Assembly (NCBI GenBank): GCA_947627515.1
Contig: CANQWI010000001.1
Location: 1 to 63,826 of the forward strand
Reading direction: 5' to 3'
DNA length: 63,826 nucleotides
Source of the DNA: an uncultured Clostridia bacterium
Lineage (GTDB): Bacteria; Bacillota; Clostridia; Christensenellales; Borkfalkiaceae
Part shown: positions 38,241-47,211 of the stretch, piece by piece
Position numbering within the stretch: the stretch's first letter is position 1
How the letters are laid out: the number at the start of each line of letters is the position of its first letter
Program-made: the position numbers and the translations under genes
Notes under the pieces: model-generated
Databases searched by the model: none
Told to the model about the DNA's origin: nothing
What the model saw: only the letters and a program-made list of their open reading frames with translations

Positions 38241-38279
38241 CAATTTTTAATTTTTAATTTTCAATTTTTAATTTTCAAC
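38241..38279 (+). repeat. AT-rich short-period tract, copy 2
   Basis: caatttttaatttttaattttcaatttttaattttcaac. Confidence 0.55.
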
Positions 38280-38341
38280 GGTCCTATCCGTGGAAGACAC
38301 GGTAAGAATAAAGGATAAGGGAAATTTTAAGGAGGAGAACT

Positions 38342-41300
38342 ATGAAACAGACAAAGACAAGAAGCGTATTGCTGCTTCTCACGATCGCAATGCTCGTACT
38401 GACCTTGGGTCTCGGGCTTGTATTCATGCAGAAGAGCAATCACGCCAGCGCGGATGAGCCGTCCCCCGAGCTCGTCCCGCTCGCCGACGCCGAGCTGCTG
38501 AACTCGACGGCTTTCAAGTCGCCCAATGGGAGAGGGATCTTCTGGGACGACAATCATTCCCAAATGCGTCTTTTCTACAAAGTCAACAACGGAACTCCTA
38601 CAAAGCTTGGACAGGCTCCTGCAGGGAAATACCGTGAAAGCACTTTGCTTGAAATAACAAATGGGGGCACAACGAAGGATATCAAGGATTGGGCCGAGGT
38701 CGCTTGGGCCTCAAACATGGGGCAACATAACGGCGATGATAAGGTCGGCGAGATTTGGATCAATTCTACATCCTCTGCTTGGCTCGAAGGCATTACGGAA
38801 GTCCACTATAAAATAGGCTTTTCCGAGTTGACCGAAGATGGAAATGAAACCGATGTTAAAACCACCAAGGATTATACCCTGTGGAACGGCGGCGACCACG
38901 GCTGGCTGACACGTGTAGACAATACGAAGGAGCTTGAGGTCACTTACTCCGGCGGCAATATCGCATGGGGCGGCAAGCTCGACGAGAGCAAGCTTGAAGT
39001 CAAGGCGACCCCCAAGGGCGCACAGGACCCCGTCAAGATCGATGCAGGCTGCTATACGCTTGAATACGATTCCACAAAATCGGGACAGATCACTGTTACC
39101 GTCAAATATCAGGATTTGACGCCTAAGACCTTCAACGTCACCGTCGAAGCAAATGACACCTCGAAGGGGCTGAAGGTCCTTCACGACTACAGCAATGCGC
39201 AATACAAAACCGATTGGGGCGGGCAGGGTAGTTCAAATTCCCAGCTGCTTGTTTACTTCGATCTTTTCGGCGAAGTAACGCCTCCCGCAGTTGGCGCAAG
39301 CAACCTTCCTTTTACTGCAGGCTCACATGTATTTGATAGTATCTATATCAATGGTCAACCCTATGCGCAGTGGAATACCGCATTTTCCTCGGGCGCGGGT
39401 GCTTGGGTCGGCTCCTTTGATGCCGTAACACCGTTCTCAAGCTATAACGCGTATGTGCTTTGGTTCAATGCGGGCAATAATGATTGGAGAAATACAGTAG
39501 AGACCGTTACGATCAAAGCAGGCTTCCAGTGGGTAGACGCAAACGGTGATGTTGCCGATGCAATTGTCAAAGAGGACTACACCCTCTACAATGCGCATGA
39601 TGCAGGCTGGCAGCGTGCGGTAGACAGCATTTCCGCGGAATACACGGGCGGGGAGGTAGAGGTCGGCAGCTCGCTTGACCTTTCCAAGCTCACCGTGACG
39701 GGCAAATTTACCGACAAGAGTGCCGACGCGAAAATCGACAACTCCAAGCTCACGATCGGCGCACTGCCGAGCGAGGCGGGACAGGGCAAGGTCGACATCA
39801 CCTATCAGGGCAAGACCTGCCAGCTCGATGTCACGATGAAGGCCTCGAAGACCCTCACAGGCGTCACCGTTGAGGGGACAGAGGGCGCGACCGCAGAGCA
39901 GTGGACATATCCCACCTTCGACGGCATCACCGTAAAGGCGCAGTTCGAGGGAGCGGAGGAGGAAACGCTCGAGAAGGGCCAGTACACGATCACCTGTGAC
40001 GCATGGACGCTCGGCCAGCAGACCGCGACCGTCTCCTACACCTACGCAGGCAAGACCGAGACTACGACCTTCAGCTTCAACGTCACGGCAAACACCGCAA
40101 CAGATAAGTATTTTGAAATTCTGGAAGAAACGCGCAGCACAAATGTTGCCTTCCCCGGGTATTTCAATTACGCCTTGACCTACAAGGTCAACTTTGTCGA
40201 CGTAGATATCAAAGGGCTCAATCTCAGTGTAGCGAACTACTACTTTGACAAGGTGAAGGGCATCCACCTCACCGACTATATCGAATTTATCTACGGTGGA
40301 GAAACGAAGTCGGCGAAGGAGCTCTTTGCAAGCGGCGAATTGGAGCACATCGGATTCTCGGACAGCGGCAGATTGGTTATTTGCTTCAAGGATGAGGCCT
40401 CGCGCAGCAAGGTCACGCAGACTGCATTCAAGGCAGGCATGGAAATTGCGTCTAACCAAAATGCGTTTGACTTCAATGCTGCTCAAAGTACGCTTGATTC
40501 GACCGCGATTTTCCTCGCGAACGGCGTGCTCAAAAAGGACTATGTGTTCTTCAACGGCGGCGGGCAGGGCTGGCTCAAGGCGGTCGAAACGCTCACAGCG
40601 ACCTACGAGGGTACCGTCCTTCAGAACGGCGAGCTCAACAGGGAGAATCTCACCGTCAACGCAACCTATTACGGCGAGGAGCAAGCGACCAAGCTCGGCA
40701 ATAACGACTACACCGTAGAATTCTCCTCCGCAGAGGCCGGAGACGAGATCGAGGGCACCGTCACCTACCGCGGTAAGACGGCGACCTTCACCGTCAAGGT
40801 CGAGGCTCCCACCAAGACGCTTGAAAGAATCGAGGTCTCGGGCACGACGGAATTCACGGGCAAACGCTTCGGCACCGCGCCCGCACTTGACGGCCTTGTT
40901 GTCACGGCCTACTTCGAGGGCGAGGATGAGGGCACAGTCCTTCAGACAGGCGATTACACCGTCGGCGCATTGGATATGTGGGACACGGAAGGCGATCACA
41001 AGATCCAAATCTCCTACCTCTATGGCACGACGACCAAGACCGCCGAGATCACCCTCAAAATCACCGCTCCCGACGATACCGTCCACTTTGACTTCATCGA
41101 AGGCGGCTCTCACAACGGATATGTCGACGATGATACCGCATGGGGCAAGCAGGGACAGGGCAAGGGCGGCACGCGCTTCGTATGGCAGGGCAGATATTGC
41201 CTGACCTTCCCGATCACGTACACGGGTGTTGCAGACAACTATCCGAAGAACGTCAATGCCATTCATCTCGAGTGGACAAACGGCATTCATCTTGGCGAAT

Positions 41301-42529
41301 ATGTGAAGCTGACCTATGACGGGCAGGTAAAGACGCTTGCAGAGCTCTTGACGGATACGACGGTCAAGTCGGTTGGTCTCTCCGATAACGGGCACCTCAT
41401 CATTTGGTTTACGGAACCTGACAACTGCATGAAAGTGACCGACGTCACCTTCCTCGCAGGTATGCAGCTTCCGAAGATCACCTCCGAAGGGATCGCTTGG
41501 TCTGATACCGCAACCCGCGACCAGCTGAATCAGAGCGTCGAGCTCGTTCCCGGGCTTGTCCTGCTTCAGGATATCTGCCTCTGGAACGGCGATGCGGCAG
41601 GCTGGCAGCTCCGCGCAGACAGCATTGAGGCGGCGGCAAAGGCAGACGCCAAGTTCATGCAGGGCACTGCCGACATCAAGTCGCTCCTCGAGGTCAAGGC
41701 CGTTTACGGCGCCGAAAAGAAGGCCATCACCGACTTCACGATTACAAATTACAACAAGGACACGCTCGGACAGCAGACCATCACCGTCACCTATCAGGAC
41801 CGCACGGCGACCGTTCAGATCACAGTCGAGAAGCAAGCGGAGCCCGAGCCTACCGAATACACCGTCACCTTTGCGATCGGCGACCACGCGGCGGCAAACG
41901 AGAAGGCTCCCAATGAGCAGAAGGCAGTGGAGAACGGCAAGATCACGCTTCCCGCAGCTCCCAAGGCGGCAGAGGGGTATGAGTTCGACGGCTGGTACGA
42001 CGGCGCGACCAAGGCAGGCGATGCAAACGCGCAGTACACCGTGACCAAGAACGTCACCCTTACCGCACACTGGAAGGAGGTGACAAAGCCCGAGCCCGAG
42101 CCCGAGAAGGTGACCGTCACCTTTAACCTGAACGGCGCAACGGGCACGGCTCCCGCAGAGCAGACCATCGACAAGGGCGCAAAGGCCACGAGACCCGCGA
42201 CAGACCCGACCCGCGAGGGCTACACGTTCGGCGGCTGGTATACGGATTCTGCCTGCACGAAGGAGTTCAAGTTTGACGAGGCCGTCAACGAGGACACCAT
42301 GGTTTACGCCAAGTGGACGAAGAACGCCGAGGAGAACCCCGGCACCCAGCCCGGCGACCGGCCCGACCGGCCCGATCAGCCCGGTAACCGGCCCGAGGAT
42401 CCCAATCAAACGGGTGAAGCGGACAACGGCTGCGGCAGTGTGATCGGCGGCGTGGGCATCGCGCTCGCGGTCATGGTCATGCTCGGCACGGCGCTCATCG
42501 TGCTTCTCAAGCGCAAAAAGAACAACTAA
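38342..42529 (+). CDS. large surface protein: repeated bacterial Ig-like modules, two Listeria-Bacteroides repeats, a P/D/N-rich linker and a GCGSVIGG-TM-basic C-terminus
   Basis: AAGGAGGAG RBS and a signal/TM segment. Recurrent Big_3-like units (..YTLEYDSTKSGQITVTVKYQDLTPKTFNVTV..). EGYEFDGWY and EGYTFGGWY repeats. Tail: DNGCGSVIGGVGIALAVMVMLGTALIVLLKRKKNN. Confidence 0.8.
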   Translation: MKQTKTRSVLLLLTIAMLVLTLGLGLVFMQKSNHASADEPSPELVPLADAELLNSTAFKSPNGRGIFWDDNHSQMRLFYKVNNGTPTKLGQAPAGKYRESTLLEITNGGTTKDIKDWAEVAWASNMGQHNGDDKVGEIWINSTSSAWLEGITEVHYKIGFSELTEDGNETDVKTTKDYTLWNGGDHGWLTRVDNTKELEVTYSGGNIAWGGKLDESKLEVKATPKGAQDPVKIDAGCYTLEYDSTKSGQITVTVKYQDLTPKTFNVTVEANDTSKGLKVLHDYSNAQYKTDWGGQGSSNSQLLVYFDLFGEVTPPAVGASNLPFTAGSHVFDSIYINGQPYAQWNTAFSSGAGAWVGSFDAVTPFSSYNAYVLWFNAGNNDWRNTVETVTIKAGFQWVDANGDVADAIVKEDYTLYNAHDAGWQRAVDSISAEYTGGEVEVGSSLDLSKLTVTGKFTDKSADAKIDNSKLTIGALPSEAGQGKVDITYQGKTCQLDVTMKASKTLTGVTVEGTEGATAEQWTYPTFDGITVKAQFEGAEEETLEKGQYTITCDAWTLGQQTATVSYTYAGKTETTTFSFNVTANTATDKYFEILEETRSTNVAFPGYFNYALTYKVNFVDVDIKGLNLSVANYYFDKVKGIHLTDYIEFIYGGETKSAKELFASGELEHIGFSDSGRLVICFKDEASRSKVTQTAFKAGMEIASNQNAFDFNAAQSTLDSTAIFLANGVLKKDYVFFNGGGQGWLKAVETLTATYEGTVLQNGELNRENLTVNATYYGEEQATKLGNNDYTVEFSSAEAGDEIEGTVTYRGKTATFTVKVEAPTKTLERIEVSGTTEFTGKRFGTAPALDGLVVTAYFEGEDEGTVLQTGDYTVGALDMWDTEGDHKIQISYLYGTTTKTAEITLKITAPDDTVHFDFIEGGSHNGYVDDDTAWGKQGQGKGGTRFVWQGRYCLTFPITYTGVADNYPKNVNAIHLEWTNGIHLGEYVKLTYDGQVKTLAELLTDTTVKSVGLSDNGHLIIWFTEPDNCMKVTDVTFLAGMQLPKITSEGIAWSDTATRDQLNQSVELVPGLVLLQDICLWNGDAAGWQLRADSIEAAAKADAKFMQGTADIKSLLEVKAVYGAEKKAITDFTITNYNKDTLGQQTITVTYQDRTATVQITVEKQAEPEPTEYTVTFAIGDHAAANEKAPNEQKAVENGKITLPAAPKAAEGYEFDGWYDGATKAGDANAQYTVTKNVTLTAHWKEVTKPEPEPEKVTVTFNLNGATGTAPAEQTIDKGAKATRPATDPTREGYTFGGWYTDSACTKEFKFDEAVNEDTMVYAKWTKNAEENPGTQPGDRPDRPDQPGNRPEDPNQTGEADNGCGSVIGGVGIALAVMVMLGTALIVLLKRKKNN

Positions 42530-42550
42530 CCCCCATCTTCCTCCGACAAA

Positions 42551-42572
42551 GGGGCGTCCGTAAGGACGCCCC
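42551..42572 (+). terminator. terminator-like GC hairpin without a clear U-tract
   Basis: ggggcgtcc-gtaa-ggacgcccc, starting 21 nt after the stop. Confidence 0.4.
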
Positions 42573-42643
42573 GAAGCGGGGGATAAGCAGCTGAAAACAA
42601 CAAGCGGAAGAGCATTCTTCCGCGTTTTCGTAGAAGGTAAATT

Positions 42644-45595
42644 ATGGGAATTTACAACATCAGCTCTCCGAAGTACAGGGCGCGGCCCTTTTGGGCGCTC
42701 AACGGTGCCCTTGACGAAGAGGAGCTCAAATTTCAGATAGCGATCATGCGAAAAATGGGTTTCGGCGGTGCCTATTTGCATTCGAGAACAGGCCTTTCCA
42801 CCGAATATCTCTCCGATGAATGGTTTCGCTTGATGAACGTCTGCGCGGACGAGCTTGAAAAAAACGGCATGACCGCCTACCTCTATGACGAGGACCGCTA
42901 CCCCTCGGGCGTGGCGGGCGGCTATGTCCCCATGCATAAGGAGTATCGCGGAAAATACATCACCGTGCGCATCCTTCCCTCTGCGGAGTACACCGAGGAG
43001 GAGGGGGACATCGGGGCCTTTTCCGTGAAATTCAAGGGCGAGAGACTGCTCTCCTACCGTCCCTACACGGGGCAGGCAGGGCAGGTCGCGGTCTTTTCGG
43101 TCAGGGAGCGGGAAGCGCAGGACGTCTACAACGGCTATCCCTACTTTGACGCCCTCAACAGGGACGCGACGGAGGAATTTCTGCACGTCACGCTCGACCG
43201 TTATGCGGAAAAAATGGGAGACAGGCTCGGGAGAAGCGTCAAGGGCGTCTTCACCGACGAGCCCAACCGCGGGGCGGTCTTTAACGGCTTTGCCCACATC
43301 GGCGCGGATGCCGAGCGGCGGGTGCCCTACACCGAGGCACTCTTTCCCGCCTATCTCAAAAGGTGGGGGGAGCGGCTGGAGGAAAAGCTGCCCGAGCTCT
43401 ACTTCCGCGGCCTCAAGCCCTTCTCCCGCACCGCCTGGCGGTACATGGAGACGCTGACGACGCTCTTTCTCGACAACTTCGCGCGGCCGTACGCGGCATG
43501 GTGCAGGGCGCACGGCGTGGATTTTACAGGCCACATCCTGCATGAGGACAATCTCTCGGCCATGACGACCCTCTGCGGCAGTCCGATGCGCTTTTACGAG
43601 CTCATGGACGTGCCGGGGGTGGATAATTTGACCGCAAACAGCACCAACATCGCCGTGCCCGCCATGTGCGCTTCCGTTGCACGGCAGTGCGGGAAAAAGC
43701 GCGTGCTCTCCGAGATGTACGCCGTGATCGGCTGGCAGGCGGATTTTCAGACCTACAAGCGCATCGGCGACTGGCATGCCTTCTTCGGCGTCAACGACCG
43801 CTGCACACACCTGAGCATGTACACGATGGCGGGCATCGCAAAGCGCGACTACCCCGCGAGCATTCTCTATCAGAGCGTCTGGTGGAAGGACTACCACTTC
43901 GTGGAGGACTACTTCTGCCGCCTCAGCCTCTTTTTCGCCAACGGAAAGCGTCAGGTCGACCTTCTTTGGGTGCATCCCGTCGAATCGGCGTGGGGCATGG
44001 GCCGCATGGAGGGGTACATAAATTGCTTTGTTCCCAAGGATTCCGCATATTTTTCCATCGAAACGGACTACTGGCGGGTCTCCAACCTGCTTGCGGAGAA
44101 CGGCATCGCCTTTGACTTCGGCGACGAGGAGATGATGTCCCGCCTCTCCGCTGTGGAAAAGCGCGGGGACAAAATTTACCTCCGCGTCGGCAGGGTGCGT
44201 TACAGCCGCGTGCTCCTCGCGGGGAACGTTACGCTCAGGACCTCCACCGTGAGGCTTTTGCATGAATTCCTCAAGCAGGGCGGGGAGGTGCTTGTCTTCG
44301 GCGAGCTTCCAAAGTACCGTGACGGCGAGCCCTTTCACGCGGAAAACCGTCTTGCGGGGGCGAGAAAGGTGACCGAGGAGGAGCTTGCCTCTCTTCCCCG
44401 CCCCTTCGGCATGGAGGGGGGAAAAGCATACACCCGCTACGCGACGGGAGAGGGCAGGATCTACTTTGCGGCAGTCTCCATCGAGCAGGAGAAAAAGAGG
44501 TTCACCTTCTCCTTTGAGGGAAAATACAACGCCCGCCGTCTCAACCCCCGCTGGAAGCGCGAGCTGCCCCTTTTGACGGAATTTGACGGTACCATGACCA
44601 AGGTCATCCTCGATTTGGACGTGGGGGAGGAGGCTCTCATTGTTTTATCCGAAAATGAGGCAGCCATGCCCGTTTCTAAGCCTATTATCACGGACATGGT
44701 AGGGGCAAAACCCGTCTCAGAGGTGGCCGAATACAAGCTCAAGCAGCCCAACGTTTGCGTGCTCGACCGCGTCAGCTTTTCATGCGAGGACGTCGAGGGC
44801 GAGGATGAGATCCTGCGGGCAGACTGTCGGATCAGGACCGCGCTTTCTCTTCCGCTTCGCACCCCCGAGGCGATCCAGCCTTGGTTCAGGGAGAAGTTTT
44901 CTTTGCGTCGCCCGTGCGGAAAGCTCACCCGCCTTGTTTATCACTTTGACGTCGAGGTGCTCCCGCATGCCGTTGACCTCGTTTTTGAGCAGATCAAGGA
45001 CGCCTCTCTTTTCCTCAACGGCGTTCCGCTGGATGCGCCCATCAAAAGGAGCGCATGGGACAGCTGCTTTTCGCAAATCGCTCTGCCCGTCTCCGCGCTG
45101 AAAAAGGGGGAGAACAGTATCGAGGTCGTATTCCCGATGGAGGAGGAGACGCCCATCGAGGCCATGTATCTCACGGGCCTCTTCGGCGTGCGCGTGGACG
45201 GCTGCAGGGTCACGCTGACCCGCCTTCCCGAGACGCTGAGGGTGGGGGACATCGCAGAGCAGGGGCTTCCCTTCTACTGCGGCGAGCTTCTCTACCGCTT
45301 CCCCCTTCCCAAGGGGAGATATCGGGTAAAGCTCCCGTCCTTCGGCGGCGCACTCGTCAAGATGCACAAGCATATTTTACCCTTTGCCCCCTTTGAGGCG
45401 GAGATCAACTCGCGCGGCATGCTCAACGTCACGGTCACGATCACCCAGCGCAATAAATTCGGCCCCCTGCACTATCGCGGGGAGAGCCGCGGCGCGTTCG
45501 GTGAATTCTGTCCCACGGACGAGGACTTCTGCGAGGAGCTCCGTCTCGTCAGGCAGGGCCTCTTCGCCCCGCCCCTTGTCAAAGAGATACCATGA
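42644..45595 (+). CDS. cytoplasmic putative glycoside hydrolase (possibly GH106-like alpha-L-rhamnosidase / YetA-like)
   Basis: No signal peptide. The N-terminus RARPFWALNGALDEEELKFQIAIMRKMGFGGAYLHSRTGL is typical, from memory, of the glycosylhydrolase-like jelly-roll / GH106 group. The family assignment is unverified. Confidence 0.55.
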   Translation: MGIYNISSPKYRARPFWALNGALDEEELKFQIAIMRKMGFGGAYLHSRTGLSTEYLSDEWFRLMNVCADELEKNGMTAYLYDEDRYPSGVAGGYVPMHKEYRGKYITVRILPSAEYTEEEGDIGAFSVKFKGERLLSYRPYTGQAGQVAVFSVREREAQDVYNGYPYFDALNRDATEEFLHVTLDRYAEKMGDRLGRSVKGVFTDEPNRGAVFNGFAHIGADAERRVPYTEALFPAYLKRWGERLEEKLPELYFRGLKPFSRTAWRYMETLTTLFLDNFARPYAAWCRAHGVDFTGHILHEDNLSAMTTLCGSPMRFYELMDVPGVDNLTANSTNIAVPAMCASVARQCGKKRVLSEMYAVIGWQADFQTYKRIGDWHAFFGVNDRCTHLSMYTMAGIAKRDYPASILYQSVWWKDYHFVEDYFCRLSLFFANGKRQVDLLWVHPVESAWGMGRMEGYINCFVPKDSAYFSIETDYWRVSNLLAENGIAFDFGDEEMMSRLSAVEKRGDKIYLRVGRVRYSRVLLAGNVTLRTSTVRLLHEFLKQGGEVLVFGELPKYRDGEPFHAENRLAGARKVTEEELASLPRPFGMEGGKAYTRYATGEGRIYFAAVSIEQEKKRFTFSFEGKYNARRLNPRWKRELPLLTEFDGTMTKVILDLDVGEEALIVLSENEAAMPVSKPIITDMVGAKPVSEVAEYKLKQPNVCVLDRVSFSCEDVEGEDEILRADCRIRTALSLPLRTPEAIQPWFREKFSLRRPCGKLTRLVYHFDVEVLPHAVDLVFEQIKDASLFLNGVPLDAPIKRSAWDSCFSQIALPVSALKKGENSIEVVFPMEEETPIEAMYLTGLFGVRVDGCRVTLTRLPETLRVGDIAEQGLPFYCGELLYRFPLPKGRYRVKLPSFGGALVKMHKHILPFAPFEAEINSRGMLNVTVTITQRNKFGPLHYRGESRGAFGEFCPTDEDFCEELRLVRQGLFAPPLVKEIP

Positions 45596-47190
45596 AGATC
45601 TATCATGTCCTGCCCGAGCGCATTGTTTTTTCCTCGGGCGTTGAAAATGCATCCCGCCTGCTCCGTCCCGCCCCCATGCAGATCGGCATCGGCAGGGAGG
45701 AGACGGCAACCCTTGCCCCGCACAGCGTTCTTATCCTCGACTACGGCAGGGAGATCGTCGGCGGCGTCAGAATTTTGTCCTATTTCTCGGAAAAGACCGT
45801 TCCCGTGCGGCTTCGCTTCGGCGAGTCTGTCGCGGAGGTGTGCGCGGAACTCGGCGAGAAAAACGCCACCAACGACCACGCCCTCCGTGATTTTCGCATC
45901 GGCATCCCGCAGCTCTCGGACGGCGTCTATGGAGATACGGGCTTCCGCTTTTTGCGCATCGACGTCGAGGAAAGGCTCTCTCTCACCGCCCTTTGCGCCG
46001 TGGATAAGCGGTGCGAGCTCCCGCTCGTCGGCAGCTTCTCCTGCAATGACCCGCGGGTGAATGAGATCTACGAGACGGCGAGGGAGACCCTGCTTTGCTG
46101 TGTGCAGAACGGCTACATCTGGGACGGCGTCAAGCGCGACCGCCTCGTCTGGATCGGGGATCTGCATCCCGAGATGATGGGCCTGCTCGCGACCGTCGGC
46201 GGGTGCGAGGCCATCGAAAACTGCCTGCGCCTTTCCAAGGAGCAGACCCCGCTCCCCGGCTGGATCAACGGCATCCCCTCCTACTCGCTGTGGTGGATCG
46301 TCGATCTGCACGACTACTACGCCTACACGGGGGACGTCGCTCTTTTGAGGGAGCACGCGGAGTACCTTCAGGGCATTTTGCAGCAGGTGGAGCCCCTTGT
46401 CTCGGAAAAAGGAGAGACGGCCTTTCCCTATGATTTCCTCGACTGGCCGACGCATGGCACCGAGGACGAGCTCGCGGGACAGGCAGGCCTTCTTGCCCTC
46501 GCGATGAGAAGGGCCGTCCGTCTTTCGTCCATCCTCGGGCTCAGGACCCCCGCCGAGGCCATCCTTGAACGGGTGCTTCGCCGCCGCGACCGTGTCAAGG
46601 AAAGCAAGCAGTCGCAGGCCATCCGTGCGCTTGCGGGACTTGCGGAGGAGGATGAGACGCGCACACTGCTTTTAAGGAACGGTGCGCACGGCATCTCTAC
46701 CTTCATGAGTTACTATATCCTCCGTGCCCTTGCGCAGTGCGGCAGGGGAGCGGACGCGCTTACTTTTATGAAGGAGTACTACGGCGGCATGCTCGACGCG
46801 GGCGCAAGGACGTTTTGGGAGGACTTTTCTCTCGACTGGAGGGGGAGCCCCATCGATCGGCTCCCGACCCCCGGGGAAGGGGACATCCACGGCGACAACG
46901 GGACCTTTTGCTATCAGGGCTTCCGTCACAGCCTCTGCCACGGCTGGTCATGCGGCCCCATTCCCTTCCTCATGCACACCGTCCTCGGCGTCGGGCTCGT
47001 GCAGGACGGATGTAAAAGGCTCACCGTTCGTCCGAGCCTTTGCGGCCTCACGCGGGCCGAGGGCAGCTATCCGACCCCCCTTGGCCCCGTCCGCATCCTT
47101 CATGAAAAAAGAGGGGAGAAAATCGTCACAAGCATCGACGCCCCCGACGGCGTCACTGTCGTTCCCGACGGCGTCTCCCTGCTCTCATAA
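45592..47190 (+). CDS. six-hairpin glycosidase related to GH78 alpha-L-rhamnosidases
   Basis: ATGA overlap with the upstream gene. The motif IWDGVKRDRLVWIGD resembles the GH78 DCPxRDERxGWxGD. C-terminal ..SLCHGWSCGPIPFLMHTVLGV. No signal peptide. Confidence 0.55.
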   Translation: MKIYHVLPERIVFSSGVENASRLLRPAPMQIGIGREETATLAPHSVLILDYGREIVGGVRILSYFSEKTVPVRLRFGESVAEVCAELGEKNATNDHALRDFRIGIPQLSDGVYGDTGFRFLRIDVEERLSLTALCAVDKRCELPLVGSFSCNDPRVNEIYETARETLLCCVQNGYIWDGVKRDRLVWIGDLHPEMMGLLATVGGCEAIENCLRLSKEQTPLPGWINGIPSYSLWWIVDLHDYYAYTGDVALLREHAEYLQGILQQVEPLVSEKGETAFPYDFLDWPTHGTEDELAGQAGLLALAMRRAVRLSSILGLRTPAEAILERVLRRRDRVKESKQSQAIRALAGLAEEDETRTLLLRNGAHGISTFMSYYILRALAQCGRGADALTFMKEYYGGMLDAGARTFWEDFSLDWRGSPIDRLPTPGEGDIHGDNGTFCYQGFRHSLCHGWSCGPIPFLMHTVLGVGLVQDGCKRLTVRPSLCGLTRAEGSYPTPLGPVRILHEKRGEKIVTSIDAPDGVTVVPDGVSLLS

Positions 47191-47211
47191 TTGATCCTCA
47201 GGAGAATTTGT

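Larger units (their letters stand above)
37565..38330. repeat. intergenic mosaic of REP-like repeats (cluster B)
   Basis: Three hairpin units, an 11-bp hairpin cctccccctca/tgagggggagg, the 82-nt repeat inverted relative to 10531-10612, and two AT-rich aattttt-type tracts in direct orientation. The track ORF 37902-38216 looks like translated repeats. Confidence 0.6.

Noticed and set aside
37896-38279. AT-rich short-period repeats considered as a CRISPR array or minisatellite
   Set aside because: The period is only about 7-8 nt, there is no repeat-spacer organisation, and no cas genes are present.
39437-44338. 1633-aa minus-strand ORF spanning two plus-strand genes and their intergenic terminator
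   Set aside because: It crosses the 42530-42643 spacer and two well-supported plus-strand genes. Its composition is typical of antisense high-GC reading (R/G/V/A/L-rich), and it has no RBS or domain signature.
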